64,000 bases of DNA from Yuukianura sp. NJ FZ-2021 (lineage: Eukaryota), in assembly GCA_046563655.1 (NCBI GenBank), contig CM102286.1:11842001-11906000 (forward strand), read 5' to 3'. Of this stretch, positions 1 through 12,549 are shown piece after piece. Positions within the stretch are counted from its first letter, which is position 1. Each line of letters starts with the position of its first letter. The notes under the pieces were generated by a model. The model was not told the origin of the DNA, searched no databases, and saw only the letters and a program-made list of their open reading frames with translations. The translations under genes were made by a program, and so were the position numbers.

Positions 1-3000
1 ACGAACCAACCTAAAAAAGTACAGCGCCACCAACTACTTAAATCGAAATTTCAAAACGATTTTTGGTCTTCCTCAATCATTATTCCACCTCACAAAAATT
101 CCAGTCAACGGAAGAACGTGCTTATCCATATTAAACTCTTGTCAAAAAGGAACAAACGCCAGGGGTGGAACACCTTAAAACTTTATTCTCTCCCGGAAAA
201 AAGAACAGCGTCATGCTAAAGTCTAATGTCAACAAAATAAGGCTTTTATTCCCATCCTGCCTGTTGGCTTCAGGGAGAATTTGAGAAGTGTACAGGTAGA
301 ATAGAAAAAGAACAAAATGGCTACACCATTACTAAACAGCATAAATACACAAGGGGCAACAAGAGGGAAATGACTCGGAGACTTCTGTAAAACTTCGCAT
401 TTTAATAATTCACACCACAAATGGAATGCCTACAACCATACTAATTTCCTTGAAAAAAATATCTTAACCTTGCTGTATGCAGCGCTTTAAATTCATTGGC
501 AACCTAAGATAGACATTTTTACAATTTTCGCCTACGCCTGAGCATCTTAAAAAAATTAAGAAGGAAAATTTTTATTCTGCAAAGCATTTCGGGAAAAGAA
601 GATTTTGCCCAAAAACGTTCGAAAATTGTTTGAAACTTTCAAAATGTGAAATGGACAACCAAATTTTAAAGCAATTTAAAAAAAAAATTTCGTAATTTTA
701 TACTACGTTGGACACTTAGGTTAGAAAGGGTTAGGTCCAGAAAAAAAAATTCTGATTTCCCGTATGTTAAGCAACTTCAAAAAAAATGGGACGCACGAAA
801 TATTTTTTTCAACTTTCATGTAGAAAAAAAATAGTGGGAGGGAGTTTTTTTTTAGGCTGCTTTAATTCTAAATTTCTTTTTCTCTTTCTTTTTCTACACT
901 CCGTATTTTAAGAAAGTGAAATTTTTAAAAGTTTGGACGAATTTTTTTGTCAACATTTATTTCCACAACATATACCTTAATTGGATTAGTTTTAAAATGC
1001 ACAAAAGCCTAAAATGGTTCCCACATTTTGAAAAGCTCCAAAATGAACTAAAGATACCAACTTTCACCAATTCCCTCACACTATTCGTACTTTCTCCGAT
1101 TCAACGCACCTACATACGCCTTCCAGTTGTTCCTCCATGCATCACTGCGCATTCTCCCCCAAAATCCCTGAATATTTCAGTAACAACATAACACACCTCC
1201 TTTGACAAATTCTAAACGCCCCATTGCCCAAAAATTTCTCAACTCAAAAATTAGCCAACAAACATTCCCACATTCAGCGGAAATTCTCAAACCAAACTCT
1301 CCACACTTTCTGTGTAAAAAATTGTAAAGAAAGTTACCAAATTCCAATTCTGCGCTTCTTGTACTTCCTTACTGCAAACAGGACGTAATTCAGGTAACTT
1401 CTGTACTACCTAAAAACTGGACTTCTAGCTAACGTTAGGCGTAGTTTTCGAGTTTTCCTTCAGCCAAAGTCTTGTCTGTCGGTGAGCTTGACATGCTAAG
1501 AGCTCACTAAACTTTCATGTGACAAGCCGAATTGTGTCTGAAGACACAGCACTACGAAAACGAAGCCCACCCTCTCCTCCTGTCATTGTGTCTTAAGTCC
1601 CATCTCATTACCATTATATCAAATGGATTGCATGCTCAAGATATTTCAATTGGCCCTTACGGATCTTAAGGGAGAAAGTAAGGGGATGAGATAGTGGTCT
1701 AAAAAGTTAAGAAAGACAAGGAGCATCATCATCGATTGTCAATCAATCATTTATTGACTTCACCCTTGGCAACGACCAAACTCACAACAAACTGCACAGT
1801 CCACGAATACCCCAAGCAAGTCCCACTGGCCCCCACCTTCCATGTCACTCTAACAGATACAAATGCCCGGTTCTTTCCAATTTCACCACGCAAAGATAAC
1901 CGGACAAACCTAGCCTACTACTCCTCACAAACATGAGACAGAAGAAAGACATCCTTGCGTAAATTTACATCACTCACGAACTGGCTCATATAAAGCACTT
2001 TATTATGTAAAAGCATTCTTCCCTGATTCTAACAGTCCAAAAACCTAGCTTTATGTACTTCTCCCCTAACAACTTCTTTTTCAAGCTAAAGTACTCTTCT
2101 GTACTATGCACTTCTACTCTATTAAAACCCTACAAATTTCACACGCACAAACAACAAAAGATGGATTACCAACAGAAAAAAACTAAAAGCTTAACGTTAC
2201 GTTTATAAAGTCAAAGTCACAAGGATTGAAAGGGATCTTGGAAAAACTGGAGGACACGCCAAGAACAATGGTAAACTTTTTTTAATCCAATCATCTCCAT
2301 GTCCAACAAAAAAAAAAATGAAACAACAATTCCAAAAACTGAAACAATGAAGTTTTCCATTTTCGGTGTTTAGCAACTCAAAATTCCAAAAATCTCCACA
2401 ACGAAACCAATACAGCATACAGCACACTGTGTTACGACATCTGGAAAACTTCATCAAAAATACACAAATTTCTAAATTTGGATCACTTCAGTTTAATTTT
2501 TTTTAATATTTTTAAAAATAAAATGGAAAAACTTATGAAAAAACACAAGTAGAATATTCATTCGGCTTCGACGCCGTTTTATATTTATGCCCAGTCACCT
2601 CCACATCGCTGTGCTGGTTGAGCCTTAATCACTATGCAAACAGACCTCGGTGAGCAACCGTCCATACATCCATTCCCAGAAACAGTACTTTTCTACATCC
2701 CAGAAATTGAATTTGACACAGACACAAGTACTAAGAGACGTTAAATGCTTCCTCTCACAGAAAGAACCTCTCCGCACCTTACCTAAACATAAAAAACATA
2801 ACCTATGTTCTACGTTGCCAACGTCAAATCCTCCCAGACTTAACCTCTAATAACTCAACTTACAACCACCATTATAAAACAAGTGGATTCTTATTCAAAT
2901 CCACCATGTACCTTCGGAATCTAAATGCTCAAATCTCACAGAATCTAAATTTAACTATCTTGAAATCACACCTTACAGCGCATGTGCAACAGCAAAAGAT

Positions 3001-6000
3001 CGTCTGTAACTTTTTGAATGAACTTTAACGAAAGCTTTTTGTACTTACTTCCGTACTACAACATAAGGCGAAGCAATCCTGAAATTTACCACTCTCACAA
3101 ATTAAAATTTTCAAAAATCATAGCAAGTCATAACACTCTGCCTCTATTTCAAACTTTTTCTTTTAAACTTTCTCTAAAAAGTGCAATTGCTGGTTATACA
3201 AGACAGGAGGCGGAAAGAACATTTCGGATGATTAAGACTTGTCAGATGTCAAGTGTTTTCCGGCGTAATTGAAAACCCTGTACGCACTATATACTAAAAA
3301 GTCAAGCCGACTACGAAAGTAAAGGTGGGAGGATCAAGAACAAAACGAGCGGAAGCCCTGCGTGTTTACTACTCTGAACACGATTTTTTAACAATAGAAA
3401 ACAGGCAAATGTTTGGTATTTACTTACCCTAACTTTCCATTTTTACTTTAAGAATAACCAGAAACACCGCCATAACGTTATTATGCTTTACAGTAACAAA
3501 AAAAAGCGTAAGCATATTGTAAATTACATTTCTTAAATCAAATTGCAAAGCTTAATCTATTCAATTTTCAAAAACCAAAAGTCATCTCCTGCCTCAACTT
3601 CACAAATTTAGAAATTACAACGCTTCAGTTAAAAAAAAAGCCTCCAGCGTAAACACTGCCTACGTAAATTCGATGTTCATCAACTCCTGCTGTCTCCATT
3701 CACCTTTCCACAAAGTACTACAAAACCTAACAGTAGCCTAAAAATTGAGTTTAGTCGTCGCTTCGGATCAAAATCTAATGAAGACAGAATACCATAGGAA
3801 AGAAGCCTCCAAGTCAAAAACAAAGCATCACCACTTTCACTTGACAGAAATTACAAAAAGCTTTTCCAAATTGAGTTTTACCGCCTTAATCTCAACTTTC
3901 AATTAAGGTTCAAGAACCCGGCAAAACTCAAACCAAAAACAGCTTTGTACATAGAACAACTCTTACTTAAAAAATTGAAAACGGACAAACCTAGGCTCAA
4001 ACTGCGCAAACTTGGTAGTGCCCGACTTCAGCCGCTCCCGTCACTTTCTTCCTCTTGAAACAAAAGTGGTTTTGGCAGACGCTTTTCTTGTAACTTCGGA
4101 AACCATAATCGAAGCCGTGAAGAAGTAGGATTGAAGTGTACAAAATTTGGAGTTATGATGCCGACTGCTTGGAAATTGACACCACCCGTCCTTTCGTCAG
4201 TTGTTTCCAAGACTGACAACCTCCCCTCCCAAGTCAGCTAACTAAAACCTTCTTTAGCTAGCAAACCACCGTTAAACTCCAATGTTTTTTGAAACAAAAG
4301 ACCGGCAATTGCCGTGTTTCATATTTCTTCTGCGGGTGTCAAGTACTCTAACGCTACTTAAAGTCGACAAAAGCCAAAGGGAGTCCACTGATGCCATAAT
4401 AAGTCCAGCCCCAAAATAAACGCTCAAGTACAAATAGAGAGAGTATCTTTGATAGGAATAACTTGGAGATACAAAAAATATAGTGGCGGGGAAGTATTGT
4501 TTTCCCTGGCTAGAAAAAATAGACGTCGTGTCGTGACGCTCCTACCTTGGTGCTTGTCGATATTGGAAGTGGTTGAAGAAGTGGGATGACCCCCTCCACT
4601 TATTACAACCAGAATTTATCTCAGGTATGGACTTATGGAGGTGGCACAATATGCACACCAGCCACAGCAGGCTTACTACAACCAACACGACACACATGAC
4701 ACGACGACGATGGAACAGCTCTGTCATTGCCAATCAATTACATGGCCTAAATCATGCACTTTGTAGTTCCGAATTCACCTAACCAGCACCTTCTACTTCA
4801 AAAAGCCACACCTTAACTTATAAGAAGTTTCCACTTGTCCAATATTTGGAAATAATTTTCGAATTCACTGAAGCTTGAACTTTCTCCGAAGAAATTTCCC
4901 CCAATTCAGTCAAAATATTTTTAAAAAGCCAAAAGAAAAGCCAAAAACTTCAAACTAATTTCAAACTTTTATATTAAATTCGATCCGTGTTTTGGTCAAG
5001 CTTCTCGGACAAACGACATTGCAACCAATATCCTACTTACAGAACATAACAAAAATAACCTCATGCTTCATGCATAAGTTAGTAAAGGAACAGTTAAATC
5101 CTGCTCGTGCTCCCTTCCCATTGCATGCATCTCTCTCATTCACAATTAATTCAAAAGTGGGTTGAGTTGAGTGTATATTCGTCCTCCTTGGGAGAAAGTT
5201 TGAACTTTAAACAATGCAAAGCATAAAACACCAAACAGCGGATCTGGGACAACTTTTTATGTTAATGACTCATGTCAAGTCGGACATTCACATAAATTCA
5301 TTAAACACAAAATTGGAAATGCAATAAATCACGAAGAAAGAATTCAACATAAAACCGATCTCGAAAGGAAGCTCAATAAATTGCTGAATTTTAGGAGATT
5401 CCCAAGTGAAAAGTTCCACATTCAAAAATACCTTACACATTTTCACGTTTCAAGTACTTTTAAAAACTATTTATCCGGAAACTGTGAATTACTCATTCAT
5501 TCATTCATTCATTGACGAAAAGTCTATAAGATAAAGTGACAAAAATAACCGCAAATCCACAAACAGTTCAACCTGTGCAACCTGCAAACCTTGCTGGAAA
5601 TTGGAAATTTTCCTCTCACATTCGCCTTTATACTGCTGGATTGCTTTCTCCTGAATTTTGTCTTTGCTTTCAAAATTCGACGGCCATAGATATTAACGCA
5701 TAACAAAACAGGCGGTGTGTGACGAATAATGTAACCCAACCTCACTTCAGTAATAATAGTAGAGACTCGGAAGTAGGTGCAACGTTTTTGCAAACAGAAA
5801 AATCTATTGTTCCACATTCCAGAGGCGATAGTACAGTTTGCACTATTCGAGTCGGTACTTGTGATGATAAATTCTACATGAATTTTACAAATTTCGAAGA
5901 ATCACGCTTTTTCAAGTACCTTCCAGATTAAATTACTAATGCGGCCTCTTCTGAGTAACGCTAATCAGACAGACCAAAGCGTATCGCTCTTTAGAAAGTC

Positions 6001-8060
6001 GTTACGTCAATGGGCTTAGACCTCTACCTTCGCTTTTGGTTATTCATAGCTCCTTTGCCCTAAATTCATCAACTTCCAATTTAACAACGTTAACAAATGT
6101 ACCTCACCTCACCTCATGTAATAAGTTCCGACTCCGAGTCGAGATCGAAGCACTCTGAACGGACATTTCTGAACCGAAATATTTACAGACATTCTTATCG
6201 AAACTAATAGTGGATTTTGTCCAGAACAAAAAAAAATTTTTTTTAACTAACTTTGAATATTTAGCGCTTGTCACTGAAGTTCAGTGAAAAGCGGTAAATA
6301 TGTAACCTAATTTTTAAAAAACAATTTAGCAGATGAACTGCTTTTTATATATTTTTTCTACCGTAAAAATAGCTTAATAAAATTCCCAAGCCTCCGGTAC
6401 ATTAATGTCCGTACGTAGTCGCCACAGTCGCTCTAGCTCTTAAGTCCACCACCTTGCATAGGCGGATGGACGTCACTAAAGATGAGCATAAGCTTACATC
6501 ATGGAACTGGAAAATTAAAAAAAAAAGTGCAAAGTCCATGACTTAATTTTCCGTCATCTACACTTTACTTAACACCTAAAAGCCTTTATCCAACTTATAA
6601 TTTCCCTTTGTAATTTTCGCCTCTCCAAAAGTCACTTTCGCTTTTGCCACCTCTCTAATCTTATCTTCCCTCTATTTACTTTCTCTTTCTGCAAAATCCC
6701 TTTCCCTTCCAATCTCGCTCCTCTTTCAAAGATTATTAGGCAGGAGAGGAAGGAAAAGTAAACAGAGTCCACTTCCGCTCATCCATTACAACGGAAACCA
6801 CAAATCAAGGAAGTAACAATAGCAACTCCCACTTAATTCTCCTCCTATCCCATATCATATCCCCAGCACAACTTATTTCAAACTCTTCAGCCAATGGAAC
6901 AATATTGACCAACAACTTTCTCCAGGAAAAGTCACTCGTGCACACAAGAAAAAACAATTCATCTATTTCTATGTTCCCATGTTAGACATGAAATGGTTTT
7001 TAATTTACCATTTCCATTACATATTCCCCCAAAAGTCGATTCATTTCATTTAAATTCTTGCATAACATTTAACATCAAACTTCAAAATCAAATTGGAAAA
7101 GGTGGAGTAGCAAAAAACCTTGCCTTTTTAGTAGTCAGTTCATTTTCATTTTCAACGGTTTGAATAAAGAGTATTATTGGACATGAATAAAAATCAATAA
7201 AGTAGGAGATTTATGTTAGGATTGAATCACGAAAACGCTTTCACAAATGGAATGCATGTTACTGGTTACTCCACCCCTGATTTTTAATAGAATCCAATTC
7301 ATTTTTCAGAAAAAGGAAACGGTGGGCTGTAATGTAATTTCAACAATAGAAGGATTTGCCTGACAGAAGATAAGAATTTCCTGTATTTGGAAAACTTTTC
7401 CCTCTTTTTACATGGATGGATGCTTGGAAGTACTTGCAATATTTGTCATTGACAAGTGCCCAGTCATCAGTGAAACAAACCACTCATGTCCCACACCTCT
7501 CACACACTTTGAGCCTAATTGGTCCCATTTGTCACCTGGGTAGAACACAATTAAGGCTGGAAAAATGACAACGAACAATTGAAACACTTATGAAAATAAC
7601 AAAATGGAAAACAGTAAACTGAAAACCGAAAATGAACATCCTCGTAAACATTATGGTTAAGCGAAATATATTTTGTAATTAAAACCGAACCTAACACTTG
7701 AAAACACTAAATCTAAAAAATAACTACTCTACTTGTTACCCCCGCCCCGCCCCTGGCGACGGGGATACAGAACTGAAAAAAATTGTTGAAGGTTCCTACC
7801 AAATACGATTGCAAACATATTCAAACGTATGTGTCAATGACATGCCAGTTTTGCCACTCATTATAGCAATACTAAAACAATTTTAATACGAACAAGCATG
7901 CTGTGCATGCTTGATGGGGCTTCGCCGTAGACCTGTTCAATCGTCCTAATACTCACTCTAGTTCCCACTTAAAAGTCCTTTGTGTACTTCACTTCCAACA
8001 CAGTAGCATAGCGTTAGATTTTGCAGAGTTCCATGGTTTATAGAAGCGGAAATTTCAGCA

Positions 8061-9023
8061 CCGTAAATTTTCAAATAGTACCCCGGGGTATTATTGTTTC
8101 TCTAAACTCTTCCATGGTAGGTAGGGGTACAAATCATGCTTAGGGCATCCAAGTCCGGACTTTAAGTCCGGACTTTTTTTAAAACTTTGGGTCCGAGTCC
8201 GCGGACTCAACGGCAGAAAGTCCGGACTCAGATTGAAAATATGGAACAAATTCGCAATCGGAGAAAATGACTCAAAAAATAATTTTTATTGCGCGTAAAA
8301 TTTAAATCGTATTATTTTTGAAAAGGCGTATTGTGCCACTTGTTGCAAAGTTTCGAAAAAGCTGCAGAATGTACAAAAGATCTCTAGAGAGGACACACGT
8401 CCCTCCAAAGAACAGGGACTTCGGCCCATCATTCTCATTGGCAATTTCCCAGGCAACGAATTCAAAAGCGACGAACGATTATTCTGGCATTATCTGCATC
8501 CTGGAAAAGTGGACAATGATTTTGGCGACATTTTTTGCTACTCCAACAACTCCAATCCGTAATCCGGATTTTTGACGCATTGGGATAATCTGAAATCCGG
8601 ATTTCAAAACTTTAAATCCGGGTTTAACGTTGTATTTGAGGGCATTGGCGGCAGTTTCAAGAGGGAAAAGGATTTTCACAAAAAAATAGTTTCTTTTGGT
8701 TTTCTTGAAAAATTTTTAGCATCCTGAATACCCAAAAATTAAGATTTTTGGATACTCATGTATGCTACATACTTTTGACATACTGGAAATTTTCTCTTTC
8801 TTACGCACACATTTCGAGATAATGATTGTTAAAAAAACCGGCGAACAAAATTTAAGCAGTTTTGGTTCAGATATATAGTTTTAGTTATGAAGTTCGAAGT
8901 CCGAAAAGTCCGGACTTTTGTCAGGCTGAGTCCGCGAAGTCCGAAGTCCGGAGTTTTCTGAAAAGCTCCGAACTTGGATAATCATGCTGCATTATTTGGG
9001 AGTTACTATTTGAAGATTTACGG
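8061..9023. mobile_element. Small outer TIR element (~115 bp without its insert), Tc1/mariner-pogo-like MITE, interrupted by a hAT MITE
   Basis: Left CCGTAAATTTTCAAATAGTA (8061-8080) versus reverse complement of the right end CCGTAAATCTTCAAATAGTA (9004-9023), 1 mismatch. Flanks are CA on the left and TA on the right, which fits a decayed TA TSD. Confidence 0.6.
8141..8980. mobile_element. Non-autonomous hAT-type MITE with TCCGGA/AGTCCG subterminal repeats
   Basis: 8-bp TSD ATCATGCT at 8133-8140 and 8981-8988. Left TIR TAGGGCATCCAAG; the right end CTTGGATA lacks 5 nt of the expected CTTGGATGCCCTA. Multiple AAGTCCGGACT units at both ends; no transposase. Confidence 0.85.
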
Positions 9024-9224
9024 TAAATACAAATTCCTAAATGAAATGCCGCTTTCTCGCTTTCTCATAATCTCATAAATCGCTTTCGCAATTTAGGAAA
9101 TTGAAATAAGATTTGAAATTTTGTCACACAAACTTTTCTAAAAATTTTTGAAGAGAAGGCATAGTCCCGCTACGCAACAAACAGGTTTCAGAACAACTAC
9201 AAAAAAGCAAGTAGTATACAACTC

Positions 9225-9919
9225 CGTAGCACGCCATTAGATCAAAAAAATTAGGTAAGCAGAATTGACGTCAGCAGAAAATAGGTAAGTCGAAATTAGG
9301 TAAGCAATGCATTTAGGTAAGCAATAGATTTAGGTAAGCAGAAAAGAGGTAAGTGGAAAGTAGGTAAGCGGCATAATTAGGTAAGCAGGATTTACATAAG
9401 TCACGAAGGCAAAATTTTGATTTCATGTACTATTTCTAAAAATTCTGAAAAATTTTTGTGCAGAATCTACTGCATCTACCCCTAACAGCAAAAATTCACC
9501 GGAACTGTAAACATCGATTTCAAAAAAACGTTTCCGAGGGTTCCTAATGTTTGGTTAGGGTTTGATCGTTACGTTAGGTTAATTCTATAGTTTCCCGCGC
9601 CGAAGGCGCGGTGTTAGGTTTTCAAAAGTTTGAAATACTGATTCCGTCTCGAGGGCCCTCGTTAAGGTTTGATTATGTTATCTAACGACCAAAATTTGAG
9701 CACTAAATAAATAATAACTTTTTTCTAAATTTCACCTTCGTGACTTATGTAAATCCTGCTTACCTAATTATGCCGCTTACCTACTTTCCACTTACCTCTT
9801 TTCTGCTTACCTAAATCTATTGCTTACCTAAATGCATTGCTTACCTAATTTCGACTTACCTATTTTCTGCTGACGTCAATTCTGCTTACCTAATTTTTTT
9901 GATCTAATGGCATGGAACC
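9225..9919. mobile_element. Foldback/MULE-like MITE with ~177-bp perfect inverted arms built of AGGTAAG subrepeats
   Basis: 9233-9409 is the reverse complement of 9735-9911. Direct repeat TACAACTC at 9217-9224 and 9920-9927; outermost ~8 nt mismatched. Internal GTTAGG motifs and a CCGCGCC-GAA-GGCGCGG hairpin (~9595-9611). Confidence 0.85.
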
Positions 9920-10771
9920 TACAACTCAATCCGATTTTACTATTAGCTACGTATTATGCAAAATATAATCCTCTTTTGAGCGTTAATTATGAGCCAAAAC
10001 CTTGACAATGAAAGAGATTTTTCTCTATTAACCTATTCTCTGAAAGGAGAGAACATTCCCAAAAGTTAAAATTCCTTTTAGTGGTTTCTGCTAGCGTTTA
10101 AGCTAAAATGTCGACTTTTCATTACTCTTCTAATAAAGCTAAACTCAAGCGCACTAATTCGAACAGTTTCATTATAATATTGGCCATAATAATATAGTCA
10201 GTCGTGAGTGATGCCAAAAAAGATGACTTGAAGCTAATTCACCAAAGTGGGACGTAAGAAAGAACCGCTGTTTCGACGTTATCAGTGACTCACAGGATTC
10301 TAAATTACTAGAAAAATCGATAGAACAAAGTTTATCTTGCCGTAGAAAAAATATTGCCTGTCATGGGAGTAGAACAACGAACTTGATCAAGACCATCTGT
10401 CAAATAAATCAAAAGTTGTTCTGTACCAAGGAAGTGTATCTCGTAAAATATGGTATTCAATCCAAATATCCAATATTTGCACAACTGAAACCAGAATCTT
10501 GTTTTATCATCCGCAACAAACAAAGGTTTTGCGAAACTTAGAGTAACTTTCGGCTGTGAAATTAAATGGTTACAAAATCTGAGCAGTGAGCACATGGCAA
10601 TCAAAAGTAACAGGGTTTAGCAACATCCTCCCGCTGCCACGGTCCGTAATCTACGCATGTGCTTGTTACAATGCTCTGGGGTGACAGCAATACAACAGAA
10701 CAATAGAAGTTTATGTAGTACTGTACACCGAGACCGAAATGTACTTATCTTCTATTTCGCGCTTATAACAA

Positions 10772-11432
10772 TCAAATCGACGTTCTTGCCTTGTATGTTG
10801 TGTGTAACTTCTCAAGCTGTTCTTTGAGTTGATCTTTCTCTTCCTGAAAATGAAAAAAAAACAACAAAGTAAAGCATCCGTCATTGGAAATTGGCAAACA
10901 TGTACCAAGGCAAACAAGGTATATACAAAGTATACTTGGACCTTACTTTGCTAGTCTTCAGTAACTCCTGATAGGAATCTTTACACGATCTATTTTGTAG
11001 CTCAGTTGCCTTGCATCTATCTTCTAACTCGGTTTGATTTGTCTGCAATTGCTGAATCTAAATGAAAGTAAATAACAAATTTTAAATTTATTTATGAGGT
11101 ATGGAGCCGCCCGCACCCGCAGCATTCAGAAAAAAAAAACAAAAACAACAACATTAAACTTACAATGTCCGATTGCTGTTTACACGTTTCCGACAGGCTA
11201 GCCACTTCCGCTTTTAGACGCGCGAACTCTGATGCATCAACTTGTTCTTCAAAATACATAAGAAACGATGTCACTCGCAATTGAATAAATCATAATAAAA
11301 AGAATACATGTAAATATTAATACTACTACGTGTCATACCTTCTTCATCTTCAGCTGTTAGCACCTCTTTTGTAAAATTAGATATTTGCCCCTTGATGTTG
11401 GCAAAACTTTCTCCAAACCATGACGACGACAT
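10772..11432 (-). CDS. TRIP11: TRIP11/GMAP-210 golgin, N-terminal exons only (11432-11339, 11246-11164, 11057-10947, 10843-10790 or to stop 10772)
   Basis: Spliced translation MSSSWFGESFANIKGQISNFTKEVLTAEDEE-EQVDASEFARLKAEV...ELEDRCKATELQNRSCKDSYQELL resembles the TRIP11 N-terminus (MSSW...GQISNFTKDML...LEEKHEASEIQ). GT-AG introns with consistent phases. No downstream coiled-coil or GRAB exons found in the window. Confidence 0.8.
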
Positions 11433-12549
11433 GACTACCAGTTAGCCAGTTACATGCAGAAGGAGTCGTCCAATAACCTCAGTATACAATCCGGATGAGA
11501 AGTATGAGCGTTAACGCAGAGAAGTGACCGATGAAGTCGACGAGCGGATTTCTTCCCGTCTGTAATGAAACAAACAAAAAATATAAAACGTTAGTATAAG
11601 ATCTGAAGAATAAATACGAAACAAACGTTTACGAACCAGTAACCAGTACGTAAACTATCGCTACAAGTTGTGGGCTACAACACTAACGATAACATTAACA
11701 AATCTACGTTTATGTTTATTACGGAGAGGCACATTATGTACCTCTACAGTAGCGGCAGCTGTAAATACTTACGCTCGAAGCTAAGTAAGCTAACTCTGCT
11801 AACTGCACGAATCGACACTTCTAATTTTAAACGTCAAACTCAAACTTCTTGATTGTTTTCCCGTGGAATAAAACAATTTGTTAAAATTTTAAAGTTTAAT
11901 TTTATTAAACTTGTTTTGCAATTGCACACTGACACTACAAAAAGTAAAAAATCAAAACAAATATGACAAAACTACAAATACCAACATTGAGCACAACGAA
12001 GACGAAACACAAAAACGTGTTTCGTATTTTGGTAATCGTAGTTTTGTCGTTTCGTCGTGAAAACGATTTGGAATTGCCAATACTAAAACACGTAAACACT
12101 TTTGAATCGGAAATTCCCGCCAGACGAAACATATGGATTTGTTTTGATTTTAAATTTTGTTCCAAAATTTAACACTCAACAGAAGTCACCCAAATCGCAG
12201 CTGGGCATCAATTCATTAAAATACTCTCAACGTTCGCTACAACGTTGAAAACGTTTTATATAACTTAACTAGGCTTAATTAACTAATTAACTAACTACGA
12301 TAATTATGATTGTTATTAAAGTTAAACGTTATAGAAAATGTAAAATACTCGGTTCTTCAGTGATAAATATCTCATTTTATAAATGAAGAAGGGCAGAGTA
12401 ATATTAGATAAACTAAAAACAATAGATTTTAAGAATTCCAAAAAAAAAAACATTTTACATAATAATAATTATCGTAGAGTTTCTACGCTAAAAACTGTCA
12501 AATTAATTATTTTCGGACCTGTTTGGAATTTGTGGGACGAAGAACGAGT

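Noticed and set aside
10332..10650. Possible further TRIP11 exons (acceptors near 10650 and 10397)
   Set aside because: Translations are not coiled-coil-like and reach stops quickly; cannot be supported without transcripts.
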